Shown one piece after another: positions 50,884 to 60,113 of a stretch of DNA of 64,000 nucleotides. The stretch covers positions 3,968,001 through 4,032,000 of the forward strand of contig OY829846.1 in NCBI GenBank assembly GCA_963691875.1, written 5' to 3'. The stretch comes from Aureliella sp. (lineage in GTDB: Bacteria > Planctomycetota > Planctomycetia > Pirellulales > Pirellulaceae). The notes beneath the pieces were generated by a model. The model saw only the letters and a program-made list of their open reading frames with translations, was not told the origin of the DNA and searched no databases. The translations under genes were made by a program, and so were the position numbers. Every line of letters begins with the position of its first letter. Position 1 is the first letter of the stretch.

Positions 50884-51474
50884 TCAATCTACGGATTCGT
50901 CGGCGTACTCGCCCTTCAGCTTCTGCGTCCCACGGAAAATCAGACCTGCGACAGCCTCGGGGGACTTGTCTAATTGCTGGCCAATTTCAGCCAAGGTCGC
51001 GCTGTGCCAGTATTTTAGGATGATTGCCTGCCGCTGATCATGAGTCAGCTTCAGCATGGCTTGGGCTAACACATTTGCTCGCTCATGTCGATGCACCGCA
51101 GCACTCGGCGACGAACCATCTGCACTCAACAAATTGGCCAACTGCAGTGATGACTGTTCAACCGCTTGAATCGACTGCTCCCGAGCCACATCACGCCGTT
51201 GGCGGGAAAAGTCTCGAGCCAAACCGCAGAGTACGTTACCAAGAATTGTTCGCAGCCAACCTGCTTTCTCAGCATCGCTTGAACCTCGAAACTGCTGCTT
51301 GGCCTGATAAGCCTGCAACATCGTTTGCTGGACGACGTCAGACGCATCCACTTTGCTCTTCAGTCGATTGTGCAGCTGTGTCTCCGCCAGTACTTGTAGG
51401 TAAGAGCGAAATGGCTCGAATTCACCGCTCGCTTCTGGGGACTCAGTTCCTGACTCGGCTTCGCTTTCCGACAT
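50884..51474 (-). CDS. ECF sigma-70 factor
   Basis: KVDASDVVQQT, FRG....GWLRTIL (sigma2); L...QRQAIILKYW....LAEIG..L.KSPEAVAGLIFRG (sigma4). Directly upstream of the kinase. Confidence 0.92.
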   Translation of the reverse strand: MSESEAESGTESPEASGEFEPFRSYLQVLAETQLHNRLKSKVDASDVVQQTMLQAYQAKQQFRGSSDAEKAGWLRTILGNVLCGLARDFSRQRRDVAREQSIQAVEQSSLQLANLLSADGSSPSAAVHRHERANVLAQAMLKLTHDQRQAIILKYWHSATLAEIGQQLDKSPEAVAGLIFRGTQKLKGEYADESVD

Positions 51475-52198
51475 AATCAATCCAAACAAATTGTCTCTGA
51501 AAGCACGCATGATAGCCAAAGCTACATGAAAAATGATAGTCGAATCAACATTGTCCCGCTTCGAAACCTCAGGTTTCGTTGGCAGAATGCCACGCTAGGT
51601 TACGCTTAACTAGAAATCAGGATTCAAGTATTTGCTAAGGAGTCAGAAATAAATTTGTTTCCCAAGCTGTCGTTCGGACTAGCTCTCATAAGTTGGATTC
51701 TCTCCATCGATTCCTCAGTTGCTCAAGCTCAAGCATTGCGGAAGACCGCATCGAAGGAAAAGCTCGGCCTCAAGGCAATCAGACTCGGACGACAACCTAC
51801 CCTACGAAGTACACATTGCAACTTATGAGGCTGGCCTCGAGAAGCTCAATCCATCTTCAAATTTCACCCTGACTTTACCCAAGGCGGCTTTGCAGAAGAA
51901 GCACGATCTTTTCCCTAGGCGGCTTTGCTGAAACTGCAGAGACTAAATCCAAAACTTGAAATACTGACAAGTATCAAACTTTGATCGCCTCGTATGCATT
52001 CAGCATTCACTGTAGCGGACACCCTAAATTCGAGAACTTCCTCGTATTTTTCCGAACCTCGTGATGTGGGAACCCGATCTAGGTTAACGTGAACGCAACT
52101 CGCGATTCGAGTCGCGATAACAAGAAACTCGATCGCATGATTCTCGTGCGACCACTTTCCGCCCTTCATTGGCGTCATCAGGGCTAAGACGCTGCATC

Positions 52199-53302
52199 AT
52201 GAACGCAAGTAAACTACGGCGGCAGATCTGCTATGAAGCCGCTCGAGCGATGTACTTTCGCCATGAGTCGGAGTACTATCGAGCCAAGCTCAAGGCGGCA
52301 CGTAGACTGTGCAAAGGCTGGGTCAAACCAGCTGATCTACCCAGCAACGCCGAAATTCGCGACGAGATCCAAACACTTGCGCGACTCTACGAAGGAGACA
52401 AGCGCACCGACAACTTGCAACATATGCGGTTGGTTGCTTTGCGCGTGATGCGCATGCTAGGGCGATTTCGACCGCGACTGATTGGCAGCACTTTGACCGG
52501 CCACGTCCGCCAAGGCTCCGATATCGATATTCATGTGTTCACCGATAGCATCGAAGCGATCACCTCCGCTCTCGATGAACAGATGCTGTTTTACGAGGTC
52601 GAAAGAAAACGTGTTCGCAAGGATGGGGAGGAGCGTGTCTATACACATATCCATCTGAAAGACATTTTTCCGGTCGAGCTAACTTGCTACACCACGAATT
52701 GGATCAACCATACATTTAAGAGCTCCATCACTGGTAAACCCATCGAGAGAGCTTCCATTACTCAGCTGGAACAAATTTTAGCATCTGAATATCCTAACCT
52801 GGATATCGAAGAAACCCTCTTCGAGATAGACGAACGTCCAGACCGTTTCCAATTTTACTTTGCGTTGCTGCTGCCGCTTGAGAATGTTAAGCAACATCCA
52901 AAGTACCATCCAGAAGGCGACGTACTTTATCACTCGCTCCAAGTCTTCGATTTGGCGGTCGACGAGTTGCCTTACGACGAAGAGTTTCTATTGGCCGCCC
53001 TCTTACACGATGTTGGCAAAGGCATCGACCCGCAGGATCACGTCTTGGCCGGTCTCGAAGCTCTCGATGGTTTCATCACTGAACGGACTGCATGGCTGAT
53101 CGAGTATCACATGGAAGCACACAAGATTCTCGACGGAACCATTGGAGCGCGCGCTCATCGTCGGCTGCGCGAGAACGAAAGCTACGAGGAACTTGTGACG
53201 CTGTGCAAATGCGACCGGGCTGGACGCGTGGCTGGCGTGGAGACTTGCGAGCTTGAGGCAGCAATCGAATACGTCCGAGAATTGGGGTACTCCAATGGAT
53301 AA
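52199..53302 (+). CDS. Pol-beta-like nucleotidyltransferase fused to an HD domain
   Basis: LIGSTLTG....GSDIDIH (GS..DxD) and Q.PKYHPEGDVLYH...LAALLHDVGK, YHM, CD..GR. Confidence 0.85.
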   Translation: MNASKLRRQICYEAARAMYFRHESEYYRAKLKAARRLCKGWVKPADLPSNAEIRDEIQTLARLYEGDKRTDNLQHMRLVALRVMRMLGRFRPRLIGSTLTGHVRQGSDIDIHVFTDSIEAITSALDEQMLFYEVERKRVRKDGEERVYTHIHLKDIFPVELTCYTTNWINHTFKSSITGKPIERASITQLEQILASEYPNLDIEETLFEIDERPDRFQFYFALLLPLENVKQHPKYHPEGDVLYHSLQVFDLAVDELPYDEEFLLAALLHDVGKGIDPQDHVLAGLEALDGFITERTAWLIEYHMEAHKILDGTIGARAHRRLRENESYEELVTLCKCDRAGRVAGVETCELEAAIEYVRELGYSNG

Positions 53303-53987
53303 AGCACTAGGGCAAGATGATCAGTCGAAAGCTAATATCAACACCGCTACCGAGGGCTTGCTACGCCAGCATTTGGAAGAGCGATTGGTCGACTCTGACT
53401 TGTTATCACAGCGACAAGCGGGGCGTCATCGCTTCAGTCCAGACCTCTCTTATGGCAGACACTTCTCGCCGCCTTTTTCAGACAGCAAACCGGCCGCTGT
53501 GATGATCTTGCTTGAAAAACGCGAGCATCAATGGAGCATTCCGCTTACCGTTCGGCCGCAACACTTGCCTGATCACCCGGGGCAGATTTCGTTTCCCGGC
53601 GGGAGAATCGAAGGCGAAGAATCAGCAGAACAAGCGGCGATTCGAGAGTTCGAAGAAGAGCTGGGCGTCGCTTTCTCAGGCGACATACTCGGCGAACTTC
53701 AAGCGCTATTTGTCTACAACAGTAATTACGCTGTTCGCCCGTTTGTAGCGATTCGCTCCAGCGAGAGCCCCAGTATCTCCTACGATCCGTGCGTCCATGA
53801 AGTAGAGCGATTGATCCATCTGCCGATAACGACTTTGACCGACGTCAGCTGTCACCCCTTAAAGGGTTTTCGGCGTGGCCGCGTCAACTGGAAGGCTCGA
53901 GTCATCCAATACCAAAAAGATCAAGTTTGGGGCGCTACCGCCATTATGCTCGGCGAACTCGCGGCCTGCCTCAAGGGTCTTGGTTAG
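53295..53987 (+). CDS. Nudix hydrolase, CoA-pyrophosphatase (NudL-like)
   Basis: AAVMILL, R..HL.DHPGQISFPGG, AAIREFEEELG, VWGATA; overlaps the upstream gene by 8 nt. Confidence 0.9.
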   Translation: MDKALGQDDQSKANINTATEGLLRQHLEERLVDSDLLSQRQAGRHRFSPDLSYGRHFSPPFSDSKPAAVMILLEKREHQWSIPLTVRPQHLPDHPGQISFPGGRIEGEESAEQAAIREFEEELGVAFSGDILGELQALFVYNSNYAVRPFVAIRSSESPSISYDPCVHEVERLIHLPITTLTDVSCHPLKGFRRGRVNWKARVIQYQKDQVWGATAIMLGELAACLKGLG

Positions 53988-54009
53988 AGTGCGACACGCG
54001 GGCGAGTCC

Positions 54010-54037
54010 ATCGTTTAGCGCCCAGCCGCAGGCGCCG
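54010..54037 (+). repeat. Dispersed intergenic 28-nt repeat, copy 2
   Basis: 25/28 identity to 15963-15990. Confidence 0.6.
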
Positions 54038-54292
54038 ACTCCCCAATCTCGGTGGAAAATATTCAGTTGACTCAGATGCGAGCGGGCTCAGTTAAAGAAA
54101 ATGAACCTAGTTTCCGCCTGCTTACTTGAGTCCATCGCGTTACCGTCGGCCAAGAAAGTTGCCTACCCCTTGAACTTTAGTCGCGTACAATCGTGGACCG
54201 AAACTTCGCCTCAGGTTTACACTCGCCGATTGCCCGGCAACCCAACGTGGTAGAGACGAACAAGAAACAAAATCACTGGGACAGAATTAACG

Positions 54293-55309
54293 ATGATTCG
54301 AGTCGGGATAGTTGGCTGTTCAGGCTACACGGCAATCGAAGCCATTCGGTGGCTCATGCACCATCCGCAAGCCGAGATTGTAGCCGCCACCAGCCGTCAA
54401 GCAGATGGCTCATGCATCAGTCAAATGCATCCTGAACTTATCGAGAGACTAAGCCTCGAAGTTGAGGACTTGTCGCCCGAGCAGATTGCCGAACGTTGCG
54501 ATATCGCGTTTTGCTGTCTGCCCCATGCTGCATCCGCTCCGATCGTGGCCAAGATCTTACAAGCTGGAAAGAAAGTCGTTGATCTAAGTGCCGATTATCG
54601 CCTCAGCAGCGCCGATCTCTACGAGCAATGGTATGGCGGGACTCACCCCGATCCCGAGCGTCTCGGTACGACTCCTTACGGCCTTCCGGAACTTTTCGAG
54701 GAGCAAATCTCAGGCGCCACGCTAGTTGCTAATCCTGGCTGCTATCCGACCAGTGCCATTTTACCACTTGCGCCTTTGCTCAAGGCAGAATTGATCGAAG
54801 CCGAGCCAATCGTCGTCGATTCCAAAAGCGGAGTCAGCGGAGCAGGCCGTACTCCGAAGATGGTGAATCTCTACTCAGAAGCCAACGAGTCCTTCATGGC
54901 TTACGGAGTTGGAACACATCGCCACCAACCTGAGATTATCGACATCTTACACCGGAGCACTGGCGCTCAGGTAGACTTGGTCTTCACCCCGCACTTGGTT
55001 CCCATGGATCGCGGGATTCTCTCTACGATTTATGTCAAAGTGAAAGGTGAGCATAGCGCGAATGACCTGCAGACCTGCCTGATAGATTTCTACAAGACGC
55101 AACCATTCGTTCGAGTTGTGGATCACCTTCCAGCCACGCGAAACGTGACGCGTACGAACTTCTGCGACATTGCGGTTCGCCAGCACGGAAGCTGGATGGT
55201 GCTTGTTTCAGCCATCGACAACTTGACGAAGGGTGCCTCCGGAGCCGCCATCCAGTGTATGAACGTCATGTACGGCTTGGACCAAACTCTTGGACTCGTC
55301 GACCAGTAA
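54293..55309 (+). CDS. argC: N-acetyl-gamma-glutamyl-phosphate reductase
   Basis: GCSGYT, VDLSADYRL, ANPGCYPT, SGVSGAGR, HRHQPEI, DNLTKGASG. Confidence 0.97.
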   Translation: MIRVGIVGCSGYTAIEAIRWLMHHPQAEIVAATSRQADGSCISQMHPELIERLSLEVEDLSPEQIAERCDIAFCCLPHAASAPIVAKILQAGKKVVDLSADYRLSSADLYEQWYGGTHPDPERLGTTPYGLPELFEEQISGATLVANPGCYPTSAILPLAPLLKAELIEAEPIVVDSKSGVSGAGRTPKMVNLYSEANESFMAYGVGTHRHQPEIIDILHRSTGAQVDLVFTPHLVPMDRGILSTIYVKVKGEHSANDLQTCLIDFYKTQPFVRVVDHLPATRNVTRTNFCDIAVRQHGSWMVLVSAIDNLTKGASGAAIQCMNVMYGLDQTLGLVDQ

Positions 55310-55364
55310 AACTTGTTTATCAGTAGACTTGCCACCACAATCGTTTTTCTCCTGAGAGCACTTC

Positions 55365-56549
55365 ATGAAACTTCCCAAAGGTTATCGCTTCGCCGGTACA
55401 GCCTGCGGCGTCAAGTCCAGTGGAGCCAAAGATGTTTCACTGGTGTTATCTGACGTCCCGGCGACGGGAGCTGGAGTTTACACGCAGAATCAAGTTGTAG
55501 CGGCTCCCGTTCTGAACTGCCGCAGCAAGACTCCCTCCGGCAGCCTAAGGGCGATCATTACCAACAGTGGCAATGCAAACGCTTGCACAGGCGAAAAAGG
55601 CATCCAGGACTCAGCACGGATGTGTGATTTGACCGCTGAGACCTGCGGAGTTGAGCCTGAACAAACACTTGTTATGAGCACTGGCATCATTGGTCAGTTC
55701 CTGCCCATGGCTGCCATTGAGCAAGGTATCCGCGATTCAGCCAACTCTCTCGGTAATTCAGAACAGCACTTTCTCGATTCGGCAGACGGTATTCTGACCA
55801 CAGATCAATCCCGAAAAACTGCCAATTGCTCTCTGGATCTTGGCGGAACGAAAATCGAGCTGGTGGGCATGGCCAAGGGCGCTGGAATGATTGGGCCCAA
55901 CATGGCAACGATGCTTTGCACCTGTTTGACTGATGCGAAACTCTCCTCAGATCAAGCGGATCGTCTTCTACGTCGTGCTGCAGATCTTTCCTTTAATCAG
56001 ATTAGCGTTGAAGGGCACACCAGCACCAACGACACCATGCTGCTACTTGCCAATGGAGCCGCTGGTGGCGAAGAACTTGATGAGCAGCAAGAGCAAGAAT
56101 TTGCAGGACAACTCAACGCCATGTGTATCGAGCTAGCCAAGCAGATACCAATCGATGGTGAAGGCGCAAGCCACTTAATCGAAGTAGCTATCACCGGGGC
56201 AGCAAGTGACGCTGAAGCTCAACTAATTGCTCGTACGGTAGCGGCCAGTAACTTGGTCAAAACGGCCATTTACGGCAACGATCCGAACTGGGGACGGATT
56301 GTTTCCGCAGCTGGATACGCTGGACCACCACTAGTTCATCAACATCTTCGGTTGGAGCTGAACGGATTCACCCTGTTCGACGCAGGCGAACCTATTGCCT
56401 TTGATGAGCCCGCTGCCAGCGCGACCCTCCGAGATCAATCCGTGGCTCGAATTGAGCTGACTGTCGGCGAAGGTCCTGGCATTTGCACTCACTGGACCAG
56501 CGACCTTACCGTAGAATATGTCCGATTCAATTCGGAATATAGCACTTGA
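55365..56549 (+). CDS. argJ: Ornithine acetyltransferase / glutamate N-acetyltransferase
   Basis: NSGNANACTG, STGIIG, KGAGMIGPNMATML (autocleavage Thr), STNDT, DGEGA, DPNWGRI. Confidence 0.97.
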   Translation: MKLPKGYRFAGTACGVKSSGAKDVSLVLSDVPATGAGVYTQNQVVAAPVLNCRSKTPSGSLRAIITNSGNANACTGEKGIQDSARMCDLTAETCGVEPEQTLVMSTGIIGQFLPMAAIEQGIRDSANSLGNSEQHFLDSADGILTTDQSRKTANCSLDLGGTKIELVGMAKGAGMIGPNMATMLCTCLTDAKLSSDQADRLLRRAADLSFNQISVEGHTSTNDTMLLLANGAAGGEELDEQQEQEFAGQLNAMCIELAKQIPIDGEGASHLIEVAITGAASDAEAQLIARTVAASNLVKTAIYGNDPNWGRIVSAAGYAGPPLVHQHLRLELNGFTLFDAGEPIAFDEPAASATLRDQSVARIELTVGEGPGICTHWTSDLTVEYVRFNSEYST

Positions 56550-56571
56550 TAGACCGCTCGGCCTCGTTCGC

Positions 56572-57018
56572 ATGACTTCTTCCTCGCAGCCCAAACTTGA
56601 ACCAAGCTCTGGCTCACGAACGGTCATAGGCATTGGAACGGACATCGTCGAATGTTCCCGCATCCGACAGATGTTAGACAAGCATGGCGAAACGTTCCTA
56701 GGACGCGTATATACACCTGAGGAGATTGAATATAGCTCAGGACGCAAAGCCTCAGATCAACACTACGCGGGGCGCTGGGCTGCTAAAGAAGCCGTACTAA
56801 AAGCCCTCGGCACAGGCTGGGCACACGGCATTCAGTGGACGGATATCGAAGTTGTCAATCAGCAAGGCGGCAAGCCAATTATTATGCTTAGCGGAAGAGC
56901 CTTGGAAATCAGCCAGAAGCAGGGCATTGATGAGATGATGATTAGCATCTCACACTGCAAGGAATACGCCACTGCCTACGCTACTGCCATGGGCCGCCCG
57001 ACTGACTCTGACAGGTAA
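56572..57018 (+). CDS. acpS: Holo-[acyl-carrier-protein] synthase
   Basis: GIGTDIVE..RI, AGRWAAKEAVLKALGTG, ISISH. Confidence 0.95.
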   Translation: MTSSSQPKLEPSSGSRTVIGIGTDIVECSRIRQMLDKHGETFLGRVYTPEEIEYSSGRKASDQHYAGRWAAKEAVLKALGTGWAHGIQWTDIEVVNQQGGKPIIMLSGRALEISQKQGIDEMMISISHCKEYATAYATAMGRPTDSDR

Positions 57019-57025
57019 CTAATCC

Positions 57026-58072
57026 ATGCCAAGATCGATGGTCCTTCTAACAATGGGTCACACCGAGCCGCGTCGCGCGAAGACAGCGACCGGCTTGCTT
57101 CGCTTTTGCCCAGACGAATGCGTAGCGGTGTTGGATCCGGAGAACGCCGGCCGCAAGGTAAGCGAACTCCTCGGAGTCGGCGGCGACACTCCAATTATTG
57201 CCAAGCTCTCTGAAGTGCCGCAAGCTGATACTTTTGTTCTCGGAATCGCAACACCTGGAGGCAAAATTCCGGCAGAGTGGAGAACTCTTATCCTGGAAGC
57301 GATATCCAGCGACATGGACGTCTTAAATGGACTGCACGAGTTCTTAAGTGACGATGCTGAATTCGTCGACGCGGCAGAGAAGCATAGCGTCCAAATCAAG
57401 GACGTGCGCAAGAACGATTTCAAGGAGATTGCTCAGCGACCCAAGTTTCGAGAAGACTGCTTGCGTATTCACACAGTCGGGCATGATTGCAGCGTGGGAA
57501 AAATGCTGGCCAGCCTGGAGATCACGCAAGGCTTGCAGAGTCGCGGCCGCGATGCACAATTTGTTGCAACGGGTCAGACGGGAATCATGATCGCTGGCGA
57601 TGGCTTGCCACTGGATTGTGTGGCAGCAGATTTCGTGAGCGGCGCCGCAGAACAACTTGTGCTCGACAACGAATCTCATGAGATTTTAGTGATCGAAGGG
57701 CAGGGGAGCCTCGTGCATCCCTCCTATTCCCAAGTCACGCTCGGGCTACTTCAGGGAGCTCAGCCTCAGGGTCTCATCATGGTCTTTGAAGCCGGACGAG
57801 AGAACGTGGCTGGCTTGGAGCACGTTCCCCTATTGAACCTACCCAAGCAACGCGAGCTATTTGAGACTATGGGGAGTCTATATCGGCCATGCGAAACTAT
57901 CGGAATCGCGATGAATGGCCGCAAGCTCCCAGAGAAGCAAGCAAACGAGATTGCCGGCAAAGTAAGTGAAATGCTAGAATTGCCAGTCTGCGATGTGGTC
58001 CGCGAAGGACCGCAACTTTTGCTGGACGCCATTGAACAGTTCCATAGCAGTTCTCGCTGGCGTTACCGTTAA
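57026..58072 (+). CDS. DUF1611 family protein (DgcN-like, P-loop fold)
   Basis: AKTA.GLLRF, GHDCSVGKM, ATGQTG, ADFVSGAAE, EGQGSL.HPSY. Confidence 0.9.
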   Translation: MPRSMVLLTMGHTEPRRAKTATGLLRFCPDECVAVLDPENAGRKVSELLGVGGDTPIIAKLSEVPQADTFVLGIATPGGKIPAEWRTLILEAISSDMDVLNGLHEFLSDDAEFVDAAEKHSVQIKDVRKNDFKEIAQRPKFREDCLRIHTVGHDCSVGKMLASLEITQGLQSRGRDAQFVATGQTGIMIAGDGLPLDCVAADFVSGAAEQLVLDNESHEILVIEGQGSLVHPSYSQVTLGLLQGAQPQGLIMVFEAGRENVAGLEHVPLLNLPKQRELFETMGSLYRPCETIGIAMNGRKLPEKQANEIAGKVSEMLELPVCDVVREGPQLLLDAIEQFHSSSRWRYR

Positions 58073-58294
58073 AAGCCGCACAATTCACACCTCAAATCCT
58101 GCCAATTCAACAGGCCGAATTTCTGCTCGCTGGGCTCGAAAGCACGATTGAACTATCGTAAGCAAGCAGACTTTGCTGCCTTTGCATCCGCATATGTTTA
58201 CCACCGACGAGGGCTGGCCTTGGACTAACGTTGCCCCAAGGCAGCAGTCCGGCCTTTTTCGCCCTTCCGCTCCATCCTAAAAAGTATCGTTGCC

Positions 58295-58777
58295 ATGCTA
58301 AAACTGCTGACCCCACTTGGTCTCTATGCCGCTCTTTGCACGATTTCGGGATGTGCAAATATTGATGTCTACGACGAGGCTGTGATTCATGAAAGCGGAG
58401 AACCCGGCTATATCACGGTGCAACATTGTCTGATCAGTTTCAATGGTGCGAATCCCCAGATCTCCTCCACACGAACCCAGGAAGAGGCGAAGGCGTTGGC
58501 TTATGAGCTGTTTGAGAAAGCCAAAGCTGGCGAGGATTTTGATCGCATCGTGAAAAAGTACACGGACGATTCACCACCAGGCATCTACCGCATGGCAAAC
58601 TTTGGCCTCAAAGATGACATGGAGAGTATCGTTCCCAGCAAAAAGATCTTCGCTCGCAACGGAATGGTTCCAGCTTTTGGCGATGTCGGTTTCCCTCTGA
58701 ATGTTGGGGAATTCGGCATCTCTGAATACTCAGATAAGAGCCCCTATGGCTGGCATATCATCAAGCGATTGAAGTAG
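58295..58777 (+). CDS. Parvulin-type peptidyl-prolyl isomerase, probable lipoprotein
   Basis: ISGC lipobox, VQHCLISF, MVPAF, YGWHIIKR. Confidence 0.88.
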   Translation: MLKLLTPLGLYAALCTISGCANIDVYDEAVIHESGEPGYITVQHCLISFNGANPQISSTRTQEEAKALAYELFEKAKAGEDFDRIVKKYTDDSPPGIYRMANFGLKDDMESIVPSKKIFARNGMVPAFGDVGFPLNVGEFGISEYSDKSPYGWHIIKRLK

Positions 58778-58893
58778 TCTTACCGCAGGGGCTCGGACTA
58801 GTCCTCCAAGCAGCGCCTCCTTTTGCATTTTGGCTGAACAACTACAATCATTGTTTTCAGCCATGCATTTCTACTCAAACGAGGCGTCCTAGA

Positions 58894-60007
58894 ATGAGTG
58901 ACAGTGAATTGACCAATCGTTCCCAAGCGATTCGTCAACGTCTGACGCAACTTCAGGACAGTCTTTGACTTCGATAAGAAGCTCTCCGAGATCGCTGCCG
59001 TTGAAGAGGAAATGGCCGCAGCTGGTTTCTGGAACAATCAAGAAACGGCTCAAGCCACAGTTGCCAAACTGAAGGGCTTGAGGCTCGTCGTTGTACCACT
59101 CAAAGAGTCTCTTTCTTCTGCGGATGATCTCGAAGGCTTGCTGGAATTCCTCGAAGAGGACGAATCCGCCCGAGACGAAGTCGTTAGCGAAATCGAACGC
59201 CTGGACAAAGTCGTAGAAGAGCTCGAGCTGAAAGCGCTCCTCAACGGAACACACGATAACGCCGGAGCCATCCTGAGCGTCCACGCCCGAGACGGCGGTG
59301 TCGACGCCAACGATTGGGCTGCGATGCTGCTGGAAATGTACATCAACTGGGGCAATAAAGGTGATTACGACGTCGAGCTGATTGATCGACAAGACAACGA
59401 AGAAGCCGGCATCACCAACGCCACCATCGCAGTTCGCGGACCCATGGCATATGGATATCTCAAAGGCGAGCAAGGCATCCATCGCTTGGTCCGTATCAGC
59501 CCTTTCAACGCCGAGGGCAAGCGTCAGACTAGTTTTGCCGCGGTCGACGTATCACCTGAAATCAGCGATAGCGTTGAAGTAGAAATTGAAGAAAAGGATG
59601 TGCGTGAAGATACCTACCGCGCTAGCGGGGCAGGGGGGCAGCACGTCAACAAAACGGATAGCGCCGTACGTCTAACGCACAATCCAACCGGAGTTGTGGT
59701 CCAGTGCCAGAGCGAGCGAAGCCAGCACAAGAATCGTGCGAATGCTTGGAAGATGCTCAGAGCAAGGATGGCGCGGATTGAGGAAGAGAAGCGCGAAGAA
59801 GAGCAAGCGGCCAAGTACCAAAACAAAGTCCGACAAAAGGGATTCGGGGCTCAGATCCGTAACTACTTCTTGCACCCTGACCAGCGAATCAAAGACAATC
59901 GCACTGAATACTCGCAAAACAACTTCCACAATGTGATGGCAGGCGACATCCAAGGATTCATGGACGCCTTCCTTCGCTGGCGAATGGGCCAGGACGTTTC
60001 CGAGTAG
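58894..60007 (+). CDS. prfB: Peptide chain release factor 2, expressed through a programmed +1 frameshift
   Basis: ATG 58894 opens 24 codons ending CTT-TGA-C (58963-58969); the +1 frame continues into the 59012 ORF with SPF and GGQ motifs. Confidence 0.97.
58955..58969 (+). promoter_or_regulatory. prfB +1 frameshift site
   Basis: AGGACAGT-CTT-TGA-C: SD-like AGGA upstream of the canonical slippery CTTTGAC. Confidence 0.92.
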
Positions 60008-60027
60008 GCCCTCGTCATCTCTAACCT

Positions 60028-60107
60028 TAGTGGGATTTGCCAGAATTCCTGAGTCGCACGTTTCGACAGAATTCCTAAGCTGCGAAATTTCTGGCGAAAT
60101 CCACTAC
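60028..60107. repeat. REPIN-like element: inverted pair of GTAG-type REP units
   Basis: TAGTGGGATTTGCCAGAATT ... AATTTCTGGCGAAATCCACTAC, with an internal second CAGAATTCCT. Confidence 0.65.
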
Positions 60108-60113
60108 GAAAAT

